Of a DNA stretch of 64,000 nucleotides, positions 63,701 to 64,000 are shown in pieces. Position numbers and translations under genes: made by a program. This DNA is from Geosiphon pyriformis uo1 (Eukaryota; Fungi; Glomeromycota), in NCBI GenBank assembly GCA_016748015.1, contig JAAOMT010000776.1, forward strand, positions 310,001 to 374,000, read 5' to 3'. How positions within the stretch are numbered: position 1 is the stretch's first letter; the number at the start of each line of letters is the position of its first letter. Under the pieces are notes generated by a model that saw nothing but the letters and a program-made list of their open reading frames with translations, was not told the DNA's origin and did not search any database.

Positions 63701-64000
63701 CTTTGTTTGCTTATAAAACTGTTAATTATGACTAAACAAGTTATGAATCTTTTTATCTGCTTTATGAACACATAATAACACTACCAATAGAAATTAACAT
63801 TGAAACAATACCTTTTAAAGAAATCACAATAGAAAATTATAAAGACATTTTGCAAAGAAGACTTGATATTATTCTTAACTCCTTGGTAAAAGCATGAATA
63901 ATTGCTTTTGAAAAGATAAAACAGTTCTAAGAAAAGCTTAAGAAGAAGAAAACCTATAAAACACTTTCTTTAAGTGTTGGTAACTTGGTATTGGAATATC
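63699..64000 (+). mobile_element. Family C Gypsy integrase C-terminal fragment
   Basis: Aligns with 57790-58090; begins abruptly with no LTR. Confidence 0.85.

Overview
Eukaryotic, fungal-type DNA with short GT-AG introns and a fungal LRR-PP2C adenylate cyclase. The TE proteins look like those of Glomeromycotina (Geosiphon/AMF relatives); this is my recollection, not a search result. A ~15 kb gene island (~22.0-36.9 kb, CpG-rich, no TE recognised) holds three minus-strand genes: adenylate cyclase (11 exons, ~2003 aa), coatomer zeta (5 exons, 180 aa) and a BTB/POZ protein (3 exons, 715 aa). Both flanks are nests of dead retroelements. They include two full-length Ty3/Gypsy elements (5380-15398, carrying a Cys-rich insert, a dUTPase and an extra 3' ORF; 51946-59714), an internally deleted Gypsy, several solo or relic LTRs, RNase H-containing LINEs of two lineages, and an ORF1-only 'half-LINE' that shares its 3' tail with a neighbouring LINE. 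The repeats are almost free of CpG and riddled with C>T/G>A transitions in all dinucleotide contexts (RIP-like). The relics next to the gene island are eroded to nearly pure A/T. Family labels A-E are mine.
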